Source: Patescibacteria group bacterium
Lineage (GTDB): Bacteria; Patescibacteriota; Patescibacteriia; 2-01-FULL-39-33
Length of the DNA: 32,000 nucleotides
Direction of reading: 5' to 3'
Assembly (NCBI GenBank): GCA_041662745.1
Contig: JBAZRV010000002.1
Span: 206,919-238,918, forward strand
In this document: positions 1-7,908 of the stretch, piece after piece
How positions within the stretch are numbered: the first letter of the stretch is position 1
Layout: each line of letters starts with the position of its first letter
The notes under the pieces: generated by a model
Seen by the model: only the letters and a program-made list of their open reading frames with translations
Databases searched by the model: none
Told to the model about the DNA's origin: nothing
Translations under genes and position numbers: made by a program

Positions 1-1
1 T

Positions 2-481
2 TTGGGCGCTTACGGCTTTAAGGATTTTGCCAGTTCCGCTTATAAAGATTTGGATCAGGGCGCGATTGAAAGTGGTTTGTTAGCGGGAGAAACGGGAGCC
101 GTTGACAGCGTAGGGGGGACCAAGGTTTATCAGGAAAACAATTATACGGTGTTTGCCAATTGGACGGTAATCGGTCCGGGAGAAAGTCAAGAAGCGGTAC
201 TGGTTTACCGTCTGCCGTTTAAGGTTGGCAAGGACTTTAAGCCAAAAGGATTAATTATGTCAGCGGCTAATTTTTTCACTCCGGAAATAGCTCCTTATAA
301 TTTTGTTTTTCAGAAACAGTCCGGCCGTAGCAATGATCAGATTCAGAGCGTCGTTACTTATAGCGATAATTTATCGCCGAAACTGATTTATCCCAAATCC
401 GCCACCACAGAAAACAATAATGTTTACTCCCAAGCGTTGACTGATCAGGATCGTTATCTAAGCATCGCTTTTATAAAATAA
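2..481 (+). CDS. hypothetical protein, C-terminal fragment (5' end outside window)
   Basis: ORF is open from the window edge to TAA at 479-481. No motif I can name. The next gene starts 15 nt downstream, suggesting co-transcription. Confidence 0.5.
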   Translation: MGAYGFKDFASSAYKDLDQGAIESGLLAGETGAVDSVGGTKVYQENNYTVFANWTVIGPGESQEAVLVYRLPFKVGKDFKPKGLIMSAANFFTPEIAPYNFVFQKQSGRSNDQIQSVVTYSDNLSPKLIYPKSATTENNNVYSQALTDQDRYLSIAFIK

Positions 482-496
482 TTTATTTATCGGCTT

Positions 497-2524
497 ATGC
501 CAGAACAAACCCCCAAAACCAAAGTCGGAGAAATAACCGCCAATCAGGAATTATCGGAAATGGAAAATAACGAAAATAATAGCGGCACCGGGCCAAATGA
601 TATGGTTACAGCGATTGAAAATAAAAATCAGCCGCCGGCCAAATCAGCTAAACGCGGATTGTTCCATTTGAGGCGCGGCAGTGCGGGCAGGCAAAAAGAA
701 ATTTCTCGCGATTTGGCGGAAGTCTATACTGATGACGACGGGGTCATACCGGATTTGACTCGATTGGAGTCCAATGAACGGCCTCTGTGGCAGACTATAG
801 TTTATACCTTGATTGCGGTTCTGGCGGTATTGCTGGTTGGCGCCGCCGTTATTTATTTGATTCTCGCCAATCTTAACAGCGATACCTTTACCAACGAACG
901 CATAACTTTTAAATTAGAACCGCCAATCTCCATTGTTTCCGGGCAAGAGGGGACTTACACGATAATCATCGCTAATCGCGAACGGGTGAATCTTTATGAT
1001 TTGGATATTGAATTGAAATATCCCGACACCTTTCAATTGGTTTCTTCCTCTCCGGTGGCAACCGGCGACAAGAGAAATATCTGGAATATTTCCGTTTTAA
1101 AAATCGGCGAAACGCAAAAAATAGAATTGCGCGGAAAAATCATCGCTCCCTTGGATTCCGTGCAAACCGTTACCGGTGCCATGACCTTCAAGCCGGCCAA
1201 TCTAAACGCCGAATTCAGTCAGAAATTCAATTTAGATATGGGTGTCAATGCCTCTACGATTATCCTGACTGTCTCCGGGCCGGATAAAACGCTGGCTAAC
1301 CAGGGCATTTCCTACACCGTTGATTTGCGCAATGTCGGCACTGAAGTCTTAAATGATTTGGAGGTGGTAGCCGAATATCCGCCAGGGTTTGTCCTCTCCT
1401 CCACTACGCCCGCCGCCAAGGATGGCACTAATAATGTTTGGAGCGTAGCCAAGCTGGCCACTTCCACCGATATGGCTACCAGCAGCGATCAGAAAATAAT
1501 CATCGGCGGCAATTATTCGGGCATCGTTGATTCGGGCAATCAGGAATTTAAAGTCAAAGTCAATCTGAAAAATCAAAGCGAGTATATCTTGCAAAGCGAA
1601 CAGTCGGCCGTTACCGCCGTGGTCAAGGATCAATTAAGTTTGAGCGTGATAGTCAACGGTTCGGGCGAGGATCAGCCGGTGTCTTTCGGCGATTTATTGG
1701 TATATACGATTAACTTTAAAAACACCGGCACCGAAGATTTGAAAAATGTGGAATTAACGGCCAAAGTGGACTCCCAGATTTTGGATTGGGCGACTTTAAG
1801 CAGTGATCACGAGGGCAAAGTTAACGAAGGCATAATTGTTTGGACCGGCAAGGAGCTGCCCAGCCTGTTGAATTTGCGTCCGGGCGAAGAGGGCGCCGTA
1901 ACTTTTCAGTTAAGAGTCAAGGATTTGGCGGCTATCAGCTCCCTGGATGTGTCTAAGTTCAGTGTGGAAAGCTCGGCTCAAGCCAAAATTAAAAATGCTG
2001 ACGGCGTTAATGCCATTAATTCAAAAATCATTACTAATTCCATTAATTCCGATTTGAGTTTAATTGCCGCGGCGCGTTATTACAATGAAGACAATCTGCC
2101 TCTTGGCTCCGGCCCGATCACTCCGCAAGCCGATGAGACTTCTTCTTACAATATCCGTTTATCCTTAACCAATAACTTGCACGATATCGGCAATATTGAA
2201 GTCAGCGCCATTTTGCCCAAGTTTGTCAATTGGGATGATAAGGAAAATCACAACACTGGTGACTTTTTATATAACTCTAAAACCAAAAAATTATCTTGGC
2301 GTATTTCTAAGTTGCCCAAATCAGTCAAAGACGCCGCCATTGATTTTAATGTATCAATCAAGCCGACGACTGATGACATCGGCCGAGTGTTGATTTTGAT
2401 TCCCGAATTCAAATTGACGGCTAAAGACCTGGAAACCGGCTCGGATATCTCCAAAACGATTAGAGCGGTTACCACCGCCTTCTCCGACCCCATCATGGGT
2501 AATTTATCAGGCATAGTGGAATAA
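497..2524 (+). CDS. membrane-anchored surface protein with DUF11/CARDB-like repeat modules
   Basis: 675-aa ORF. It has a polar N-terminal ~95 aa and one hydrophobic helix (LWQTIVYTLIAVLAVLLVGAAVIYLILANL). This is followed by at least four ~100-aa beta-type modules sharing a pattern such as GTYTIIIANRERVNLYDLDIELKYPDTF / ISYTVDLRNVGTEVLNDLEVVAEYPPGF / LVYTINFKNTGTEDLKNVELTAKVD / SSYNIRLSLTNNLHDIGNIEVSAILPKF. Confidence 0.7.
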   Translation: MPEQTPKTKVGEITANQELSEMENNENNSGTGPNDMVTAIENKNQPPAKSAKRGLFHLRRGSAGRQKEISRDLAEVYTDDDGVIPDLTRLESNERPLWQTIVYTLIAVLAVLLVGAAVIYLILANLNSDTFTNERITFKLEPPISIVSGQEGTYTIIIANRERVNLYDLDIELKYPDTFQLVSSSPVATGDKRNIWNISVLKIGETQKIELRGKIIAPLDSVQTVTGAMTFKPANLNAEFSQKFNLDMGVNASTIILTVSGPDKTLANQGISYTVDLRNVGTEVLNDLEVVAEYPPGFVLSSTTPAAKDGTNNVWSVAKLATSTDMATSSDQKIIIGGNYSGIVDSGNQEFKVKVNLKNQSEYILQSEQSAVTAVVKDQLSLSVIVNGSGEDQPVSFGDLLVYTINFKNTGTEDLKNVELTAKVDSQILDWATLSSDHEGKVNEGIIVWTGKELPSLLNLRPGEEGAVTFQLRVKDLAAISSLDVSKFSVESSAQAKIKNADGVNAINSKIITNSINSDLSLIAAARYYNEDNLPLGSGPITPQADETSSYNIRLSLTNNLHDIGNIEVSAILPKFVNWDDKENHNTGDFLYNSKTKKLSWRISKLPKSVKDAAIDFNVSIKPTTDDIGRVLILIPEFKLTAKDLETGSDISKTIRAVTTAFSDPIMGNLSGIVE

Positions 2525-2700
2525 CCCCGCCATCGGACTGATTGCAAAAATCATCGTTACAATCAGTGATGAAATCAGGGACGAAATAATATATTTCTAA
2601 TTTTTTCTCAATAGGCAACAGATATAAATAAGCGCCTCTGCATTCGTGACTTATTATTATATCAAATAACCTAATATCAAATAACTTAAATTCCGTTAAG

Positions 2701-3894
2701 ATGGCCTTTAAACTGCTTAAAAAATCTAAGAAATCCCAAGCGCGATTAGGAAAATTAAAAACCGCCCACGGCATCATTAAGACGCCGTTTTTTATGCCGA
2801 TTGCCACTAAGGGAGCGGTCAAGAATCTAACCGCCGCTGATGTTAAGGATCTTGGTTCGCCCATATTATTATCCAACACCTATCATTTGTATTTGACGCC
2901 GGGCAGGGAAGTACTGTCTGCCGCCGGCGGTTTGCATAAATTTATGGATTGGCGCGGAGCCATCCTGACCGACTCCGGCGGTTTCCAAGTATTCTCACTG
3001 TCTAAAATCAGGAAAATCCTGCCTCAGGGCGTGGAGTTCCGTTCGCACTTGGACGGCAGCAAGCACATCTTAACGCCTAAATCAGTCTTGGATATTCAGA
3101 AAACTATCGGTTCGGACATTGCCATGATTTTGGATGTCTGTCCGCCGTCAACCGCCAAACACCAAGAGATCAAGGAAGCGGTTGAAATTACAACCAAATG
3201 GGCCAAGGAGGCGGCCAGAACGATTAAAAGCCGAAAGTCCAGAAGCAAAAACCAGGACAAGCAATTATACTTTGCTATCGTCCAGGGTGGTGTCTATAGG
3301 GATTTGCGCGAGCAATCATTGCAAGACTTGGTTAAATTGGATTTTGACGGTTATGCGGTCGGCGGCTTGGCCGTGGGTGAAACCAACAAAGAAATGTATG
3401 AGGTATTGGATTATTTGGCGCCGCAATTGCCGGCCGGCAAGCCGAGATATTTAATGGGCGTGGGTACGCCGGAAAACATTATTGAAGCGGTCAAAAAAGG
3501 AATAGACATGTTTGATTGCGTTATTCCGACCCGCGAAGCCCGGCATGGCCGGCTGTATGTTTGGCCCGACATGTCATTGCGAGAAGGATGTAATCATCCG
3601 ACGAAGCAATCTCTTAAAAAATATCAGCGCGGCCTTCAAGATTGCTTCGCTTCGCTTCGCTTCGCTCGCAATGACGAATGGTATCAAACCATCAACATTA
3701 CCAATTCCAAATACAAGCATGACTTTTCACCGATAAACGGCAGTAACCTGAAAAAATATTCCAAGGCCTATCTGCATCATCTGTTCAAAACCGGCGAACC
3801 CTTAGCTATGCGTTTAGCCACCCTCAATAATCTTGATTTTTATTTGCGATTAATGGAGGGCATCAGGCGACAAATCAAAAAGGGCAACTTATAA
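2701..3894 (+). CDS. tgt: queuine tRNA-ribosyltransferase (tRNA-guanine transglycosylase), with an internal insertion and no zinc ligands
   Basis: ARLGKLKTAHGIIKTPFFMPIATKGAVK, TDSGGFQVFSL, LMGVGTPENI, GIDMFDCVIPTR and YSKAYLHHL all match the bacterial Tgt layout. Confidence 0.93.
   Translation: MAFKLLKKSKKSQARLGKLKTAHGIIKTPFFMPIATKGAVKNLTAADVKDLGSPILLSNTYHLYLTPGREVLSAAGGLHKFMDWRGAILTDSGGFQVFSLSKIRKILPQGVEFRSHLDGSKHILTPKSVLDIQKTIGSDIAMILDVCPPSTAKHQEIKEAVEITTKWAKEAARTIKSRKSRSKNQDKQLYFAIVQGGVYRDLREQSLQDLVKLDFDGYAVGGLAVGETNKEMYEVLDYLAPQLPAGKPRYLMGVGTPENIIEAVKKGIDMFDCVIPTREARHGRLYVWPDMSLREGCNHPTKQSLKKYQRGLQDCFASLRFARNDEWYQTINITNSKYKHDFSPINGSNLKKYSKAYLHHLFKTGEPLAMRLATLNNLDFYLRLMEGIRRQIKKGNL
3565..3681 (+). 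repeat. in-frame palindromic (MITE/REP-like) insertion inside tgt
   Basis: Outer inverted repeats are gtcattgcgag (3573-3583) / ctcgcaatgac (3665-3675). Inner inverted repeats are cgaagcaatct (3602-3612) / agattgcttcg (3639-3649). There is a (gcttc)x4 run at 3644-3663. The segment is 39 stop-free codons bracketed by TGG codons at 3562 and 3679. Confidence 0.7.
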
Positions 3895-3905
3895 AATGGA
3901 AGCTC

Positions 3906-3934
3906 TTGACAACAAGTCAAAAATCAAGTAGAAT
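3906..3934 (+). promoter_or_regulatory. sigma70-type promoter for the DHH gene
   Basis: TTGACA (3906-3911), 17-nt spacer, TAGAAT (3929-3934). GGGAGA Shine-Dalgarno lies before ATG 4012. Confidence 0.6.
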
Positions 3935-4011
3935 AAGCGCTTAGAAAGCACGTTAAAATAAAAAGTAATAGTACAACGGCCGATTCAACAGAAACGGCAG
4001 GGAGAACAACC

Positions 4012-5061
4012 ATGGAAGCTGACAGATTAGAAAAATTCAAGCATGTTTTGGAGCAAATGAAGGAAAACCCATTAGTTGTGATTCTAACCCATCTTGATCC
4101 CGATTCCATGGCCTCCGCCGAAGCCATGAGATTTATTGCCAAGTCGGTTGGCATTGAGCAGATTACCGTTCTTTATTGCGACGAGTCCACCGATGAGCAA
4201 AACGAGGCCATTATCAATAAGTTGGCTTTGGATCGGCGAATGCAGCCGATTGACAGTTGGGTTGATTTTCCGGCTGGTAACAACTATGTTATGGTGGATG
4301 CCAATTCGCCTTCCGACAGCCGGCTTAAACACGCTAAAGATAAGTTGAAACTTACAATGGTTATTGATCATCATCGCAATGACAAAATCAAAGAAACGGA
4401 TGATGACTTTATTTGGCTGGAAAATTTCGGCGCCTGCGCCACCATGATGTGCGAACTCATTGCCGGTCTGGGCTTATTGAGTACCGCTAAGTTCAACGGC
4501 GATTTTAAGGATTTGCCCTTATTGCTTTCACTGGGTATCTACATGGATACCAAGGGTTTGATCAGCGCCGGCAGTAAGGATCGCGAAGCTTTTGCCGAAG
4601 TCGCCGGCCTGGCCAAAGAGGCGGACTTGCAGTTCTTCATTAATTATCAGATTTCCCAAACCTACATGGAAGCGCTTAAATGCGCTTTAAACTCCATGTC
4701 TGTCCGGGGAATGAAGATAGTGGCTTATGCCGGAGAAGTAAGCTCCAAGGAAGCTACGGTTATTGCTCGGGTGGCGGATTTTTTTATTAGAATCAAGGGA
4801 TTTTCTCTGGCCGTGGTCTGGGCGACGGTTGATGACAGCCAAATCATGGTTTCTGCCCGAGGTACTGATTTCGGCACGCCGCTTGATGAATTCATACGTT
4901 CCCGTTTCGGTTCCGGCGGCGCCAAGGTTTCCAAATGGGGCCTATGGGAAGGTGGCGTTCAATTGCCTTTTAACTTCGGATTCTTCCACTCCCCGATCAA
5001 TAGAATGCAACGAATAGCAACGGCTCAGGCCTTAATCACCGGTCTGATTTTGGAAAATTGA
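4012..5061 (+). CDS. DHH-family phosphoesterase (NrnA-like)
   Basis: DHH motifs are present: THLDPDSMASAEAM (motif I/II region) and VIDHHRND (DHH motif). The C-terminal DHHA1-like region contains GSGGAK. Length is 349 aa. Confidence 0.75.
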   Translation: MEADRLEKFKHVLEQMKENPLVVILTHLDPDSMASAEAMRFIAKSVGIEQITVLYCDESTDEQNEAIINKLALDRRMQPIDSWVDFPAGNNYVMVDANSPSDSRLKHAKDKLKLTMVIDHHRNDKIKETDDDFIWLENFGACATMMCELIAGLGLLSTAKFNGDFKDLPLLLSLGIYMDTKGLISAGSKDREAFAEVAGLAKEADLQFFINYQISQTYMEALKCALNSMSVRGMKIVAYAGEVSSKEATVIARVADFFIRIKGFSLAVVWATVDDSQIMVSARGTDFGTPLDEFIRSRFGSGGAKVSKWGLWEGGVQLPFNFGFFHSPINRMQRIATAQALITGLILEN

Positions 5062-5100
5062 AAATTGATGGCAAATTATTGGAGATGTTTGGCACTTTTT

Positions 5101-5132
5101 ACCCCGGATTTCTATCCGGGTTTTATTTTTTT
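5101..5132 (+). terminator. rho-independent terminator after the DHH gene
   Basis: Stem cccgga (5103-5108) / tccggg (5115-5120), followed by ttttattttttt. Confidence 0.7.
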
Positions 5133-5162
5133 ATGGTTTAATCGGCTATTATTGAGCGGGTT

Positions 5163-5190
5163 TTGCCGGGATAAAAATTTATGCTATAAT
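5163..5190 (+). promoter_or_regulatory. promoter with extended -10 for the S41 protease gene
   Basis: TTGCCG (5163-5168), 16-nt spacer, TGc-TATAAT (5182-5190). Confidence 0.55.
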
Positions 5191-5261
5191 GATGTCAAAA
5201 GTTGTTTCTTTTTATCGCCGATAGACGGAGGTGATTTTATTAGAATAATGACCAAAAACTT

Positions 5262-6590
5262 ATGGACCCCTTGATCAACGATAATCAAACGGCAGACAAG
5301 CCCTCGCGCTGGTCTTTTTTGCGTCAACCTTTGGCTTTATGGCTGGCGGTTGTTTTGATTTTTATCAGTTTCATCATCGGCGCGGCGGTTGGCGGTCGAG
5401 GCAATATCGTATCCGATACTAAAGTGATCAAGGGGGCGGACACTCAATTGATGATGGCTGAAGCGAAAGCTGCGGAATCGGCCGGCCTTACTGCGGGCAA
5501 TACCGCTACGTCAACGTTGCCCGCTTACCTTAAGAAAGATGTTGATTTCCAATTATACTGGGATACTTTAGGAATTATCCATGGCAAGTATTATGCTCAA
5601 GATATTCCCGATACCAAATTGTTTTACGGTTCGTTGCAGGGCATGGTGGCAGCTTTGGGCGATCCTTATTCCGTTTTTCTTACTCCCTCCGATGCTCAGC
5701 AGTTCCAAGAGGACCTTAATGGCACCTTTGAAGGCATTGGCGCGGAAATCGCCGTTAAGAACAGCCAGCTCATCATTGTTTCTCCTTTGGATGATTCGCC
5801 GGCCATGAAAGCCGGCTTGAAGCCCAAGGATTGGATTTTAAAAATTAATGGCACTTCCACCGAAGGCATGAGTTCCCAGCAAGCCGTCAATTTAATCCGC
5901 GGTAAAGCCGGAACTAAAGTCAATTTGACGATTTATCGCGAGGGCTGGACCGAAGCGCAGGTAATTGAAATCACTCGGGCGCCCATTGTGGTTAAAAGCT
6001 TGACTTTGGAATATTTGGCCGGCGGCGCCATTGCCCATATTAAGGTTAGACAGTTTAATGGCGATACTATGCCGCTTTTTGACAGCGCTATTTCCAATAT
6101 TTTATCCAGGCCCGGTCTTAAGGGAATTATTTTGGATTTGCGCAACAATCCCGGGGGTTATTTGGAATCGGCCGTAGAGATGGCCGGCGAATGGAACGGT
6201 GACGGGATTGTGGTCTCGGAAAAAAATCGCGATGGCGTTAAGACGGATCATCGCGCTTATGCTCAGCCGCGCTTAACTGATTATAAAACCATTGTTTTGG
6301 TTGACGGCGGCAGCGCTTCCGCTTCAGAAATAGTTTCCGGCGCCCTAAAAGACTGGGGCAAGGCCACATTAGTCGGAATGAAAACTTTCGGCAAGGGTTC
6401 GGTGCAGGATTTGACTGATTTGCCCGACGGCAGCCAAATCAAGCTGACTATTGCCAAGTGGTTTACTCCCAATGGCATATCCATTGACGAACAGGGGATT
6501 GAGCCGGATGTCAAAGTGGATTTAACTGAAGAAGACTATAATAACGACCGCGATCCCCAATTGGTTAAAGCGCTAGAACTGTTAAAATAA
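5262..6590 (+). CDS. S41 family carboxyl-terminal processing peptidase with PDZ domain
   Basis: N-terminal TM anchor and a PDZ-like segment (SPLDDSPAMKAGLKPKDWILKINGTS). Catalytic region has GGSASASEIVSGAL ... TFGKGSVQ. A TAG at 5241 in frame makes 5262 the first possible start. Confidence 0.9.
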   Translation: MDPLINDNQTADKPSRWSFLRQPLALWLAVVLIFISFIIGAAVGGRGNIVSDTKVIKGADTQLMMAEAKAAESAGLTAGNTATSTLPAYLKKDVDFQLYWDTLGIIHGKYYAQDIPDTKLFYGSLQGMVAALGDPYSVFLTPSDAQQFQEDLNGTFEGIGAEIAVKNSQLIIVSPLDDSPAMKAGLKPKDWILKINGTSTEGMSSQQAVNLIRGKAGTKVNLTIYREGWTEAQVIEITRAPIVVKSLTLEYLAGGAIAHIKVRQFNGDTMPLFDSAISNILSRPGLKGIILDLRNNPGGYLESAVEMAGEWNGDGIVVSEKNRDGVKTDHRAYAQPRLTDYKTIVLVDGGSASASEIVSGALKDWGKATLVGMKTFGKGSVQDLTDLPDGSQIKLTIAKWFTPNGISIDEQGIEPDVKVDLTEEDYNNDRDPQLVKALELLK

Positions 6591-6613
6591 CCGTGAATTT
6601 ATCAATCAGCGGT

Positions 6614-6639
6614 ATTATCTATTCTTATTATCTATTCTT
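6614..6639 (+). repeat. perfect 13-nt tandem duplication upstream of rplI
   Basis: attatctattctt occurs at 6614-6626 and again at 6627-6639. Confidence 0.9.
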
Positions 6640-6695
6640 GCCATTCCAATCATAGCGGAGAAACATCTTTGCTGGTCGCAATGGCATAAGACATT

Positions 6696-7133
6696 ATGAA
6701 GATTGTTTACTTGGAAAATTCCAAAGCCCACAAGCGAGGCGACATTAAGGATGTGGCCGAGGGTTACGCGCGCAATTTTTTGATCCCGCAAGGCGTGGCA
6801 GCGCCGGCCACAGCGGAAAATCTGGCTAAAATCAAACAAGAAACTGAAAAGAAGGCCAAAACTCAAGAAAGCGCCATCAATCAATACAAGCTCATAGCGG
6901 AAAGGATTAGGGGGCGCAAGGTGGAAATCAAAGGCAAGGCCAATGAAAGCGGCAAGTTGTATGCGTCTATAACCGAACAGGAAGTTAAGATCGCGCTAAA
7001 AAAACTAGGCCTTGACATTGGTAAGGGCAAAGTGATTTTTCCAAGCCATCTGAAAGAAGCCGGCGAGTTTAAGGTTAAAGTTGACTTTGGACACGATTTA
7101 GTGTCTGAAATAATAATTTTAGTTCGCGTATGA
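6696..7133 (+). CDS. rplI: 50S ribosomal protein L9
   Basis: MKIVYLENSKAHKRGDIKDVAEGYARNFLIPQGVAAPAT is the canonical L9 N-domain. Length is 145 aa. Confidence 0.93.
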   Translation: MKIVYLENSKAHKRGDIKDVAEGYARNFLIPQGVAAPATAENLAKIKQETEKKAKTQESAINQYKLIAERIRGRKVEIKGKANESGKLYASITEQEVKIALKKLGLDIGKGKVIFPSHLKEAGEFKVKVDFGHDLVSEIIILVRV

Positions 7134-7157
7134 GGAGATTTTTATTTTTCATCATTA

Positions 7158-7186
7158 AATAGAGGATTCATCCCCTCTATTTTTTA
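7158..7186 (+). terminator. rho-independent terminator after rplI
   Basis: Stem aatagagg (7158-7165) / cctctatt (7174-7181), followed by a T-run. Confidence 0.7.
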
Positions 7187-7206
7187 GCGTTTGATTAAGC
7201 AAAATT

Positions 7207-7812
7207 ATGGAAAACCGCATCAAAAAAATCGTCATTACCGGCGGGCCGTGCGCCGGCAAAACCTCTATCATTAATCTGTTAAAAGAAGAATTCGGCGACA
7301 CTATCATTACTGTGCCGGAGGCGGCGACCCTGCTTTTGGCCGGCGGATTTCCTATGCCCGGCAAGCACTTGAATTGGTGCGATGACTGGCAATATTATTT
7401 CCAACAAAGCGTGTTGCATCTGCAGAAGTCGTTGGAAAATGCCTATTTGCTTATGGCGGAACGGAAAAATTCCAAAGTTTTATTATGCGATAACGGCTTG
7501 CCTTCGGGCGCGGCTTATATGCCGGGAGGCATCAAAGAGTTCATTCTCAAATACGGGGTTGATTTTGAAAAAGAACTATTGGATTATGATTCGGTCATCC
7601 ACTTGGAAACAATCGCCCTATCCCAGCCGGAAAAATACGGCAAGCATAACAATGAAAATCGTTATACATCTTTGGAGGAGGCGATAAGGCACGATTTATT
7701 GATCAAGGAAGTTTGGCAGAGCCATCCTCATTGGCAGGTGATTCCCAGCACTTGGGCTTTGGAAGAGAAATTCCATAAAACGGCGGAAACCGTTAAAAAA
7801 TATCTGAAATAA
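7207..7812 (+). CDS. P-loop ATPase/kinase, AAA_28 (NadR C-terminal-like) type
   Basis: Walker A motif KIVITGGPCAGKTS at the N-terminus. About 200 aa, with overall resemblance to small AAA_28 NTPases. Confidence 0.6.
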   Translation: MENRIKKIVITGGPCAGKTSIINLLKEEFGDTIITVPEAATLLLAGGFPMPGKHLNWCDDWQYYFQQSVLHLQKSLENAYLLMAERKNSKVLLCDNGLPSGAAYMPGGIKEFILKYGVDFEKELLDYDSVIHLETIALSQPEKYGKHNNENRYTSLEEAIRHDLLIKEVWQSHPHWQVIPSTWALEEKFHKTAETVKKYLK

Positions 7813-7857
7813 AATTGAGCCCGAAGCCAAGCCGACAGGGTGTCCGAGCAGCCTTCC

Positions 7858-7888
7858 AATAAAAACACCCGCCAGAAAATCCGGCGGG
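7858..7888 (-). terminator. terminator for the minus-strand repeat-protein gene
   Basis: Stem cccgcc (7868-7873) / ggcggg (7883-7888). On the minus strand it is followed by tgtttttatt. Confidence 0.55.
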
Positions 7889-7908
7889 CGCATAAGGTGC
7901 ATTGCTAT

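Noticed and set aside
2537-2567. 8-bp hairpin actgattg / caatcagt after the DUF11-like gene, as a terminator
   Set aside because: It has a 15-nt loop and no following T-run. It may be structural, but I cannot support it as an intrinsic terminator.
2493-2879. 128-aa minus-strand ORF spanning the intergenic region and the tgt start
   Set aside because: It overlaps the ends of two well-supported plus-strand genes and has no signals or recognisable sequence.
3562-3681. Intein, intron or translational-bypass interpretation of the tgt insertion
   Set aside because: At 39 codons it is far too short for an intein or a group I/II intron. There is no stop codon after the first TGG as a bypass element would need. 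The segment is simply open and in frame.
4373-4382. Second occurrence of tcgcaatgac, the right-arm core of the tgt palindromic element, inside the DHH gene
   Set aside because: It encodes the conserved DHHRND motif region and has no inverted partner nearby. I treat it as a 10-nt coincidence.
5065-5274. 69-aa ORF between the DHH gene and the protease gene, and the 8-codon uORF at 5248-5274
   Set aside because: The ORF spans a rho-independent terminator and the next gene's promoter. The GGAGG at 5227-5231 is 16 nt from ATG 5248, too far for a convincing SD.
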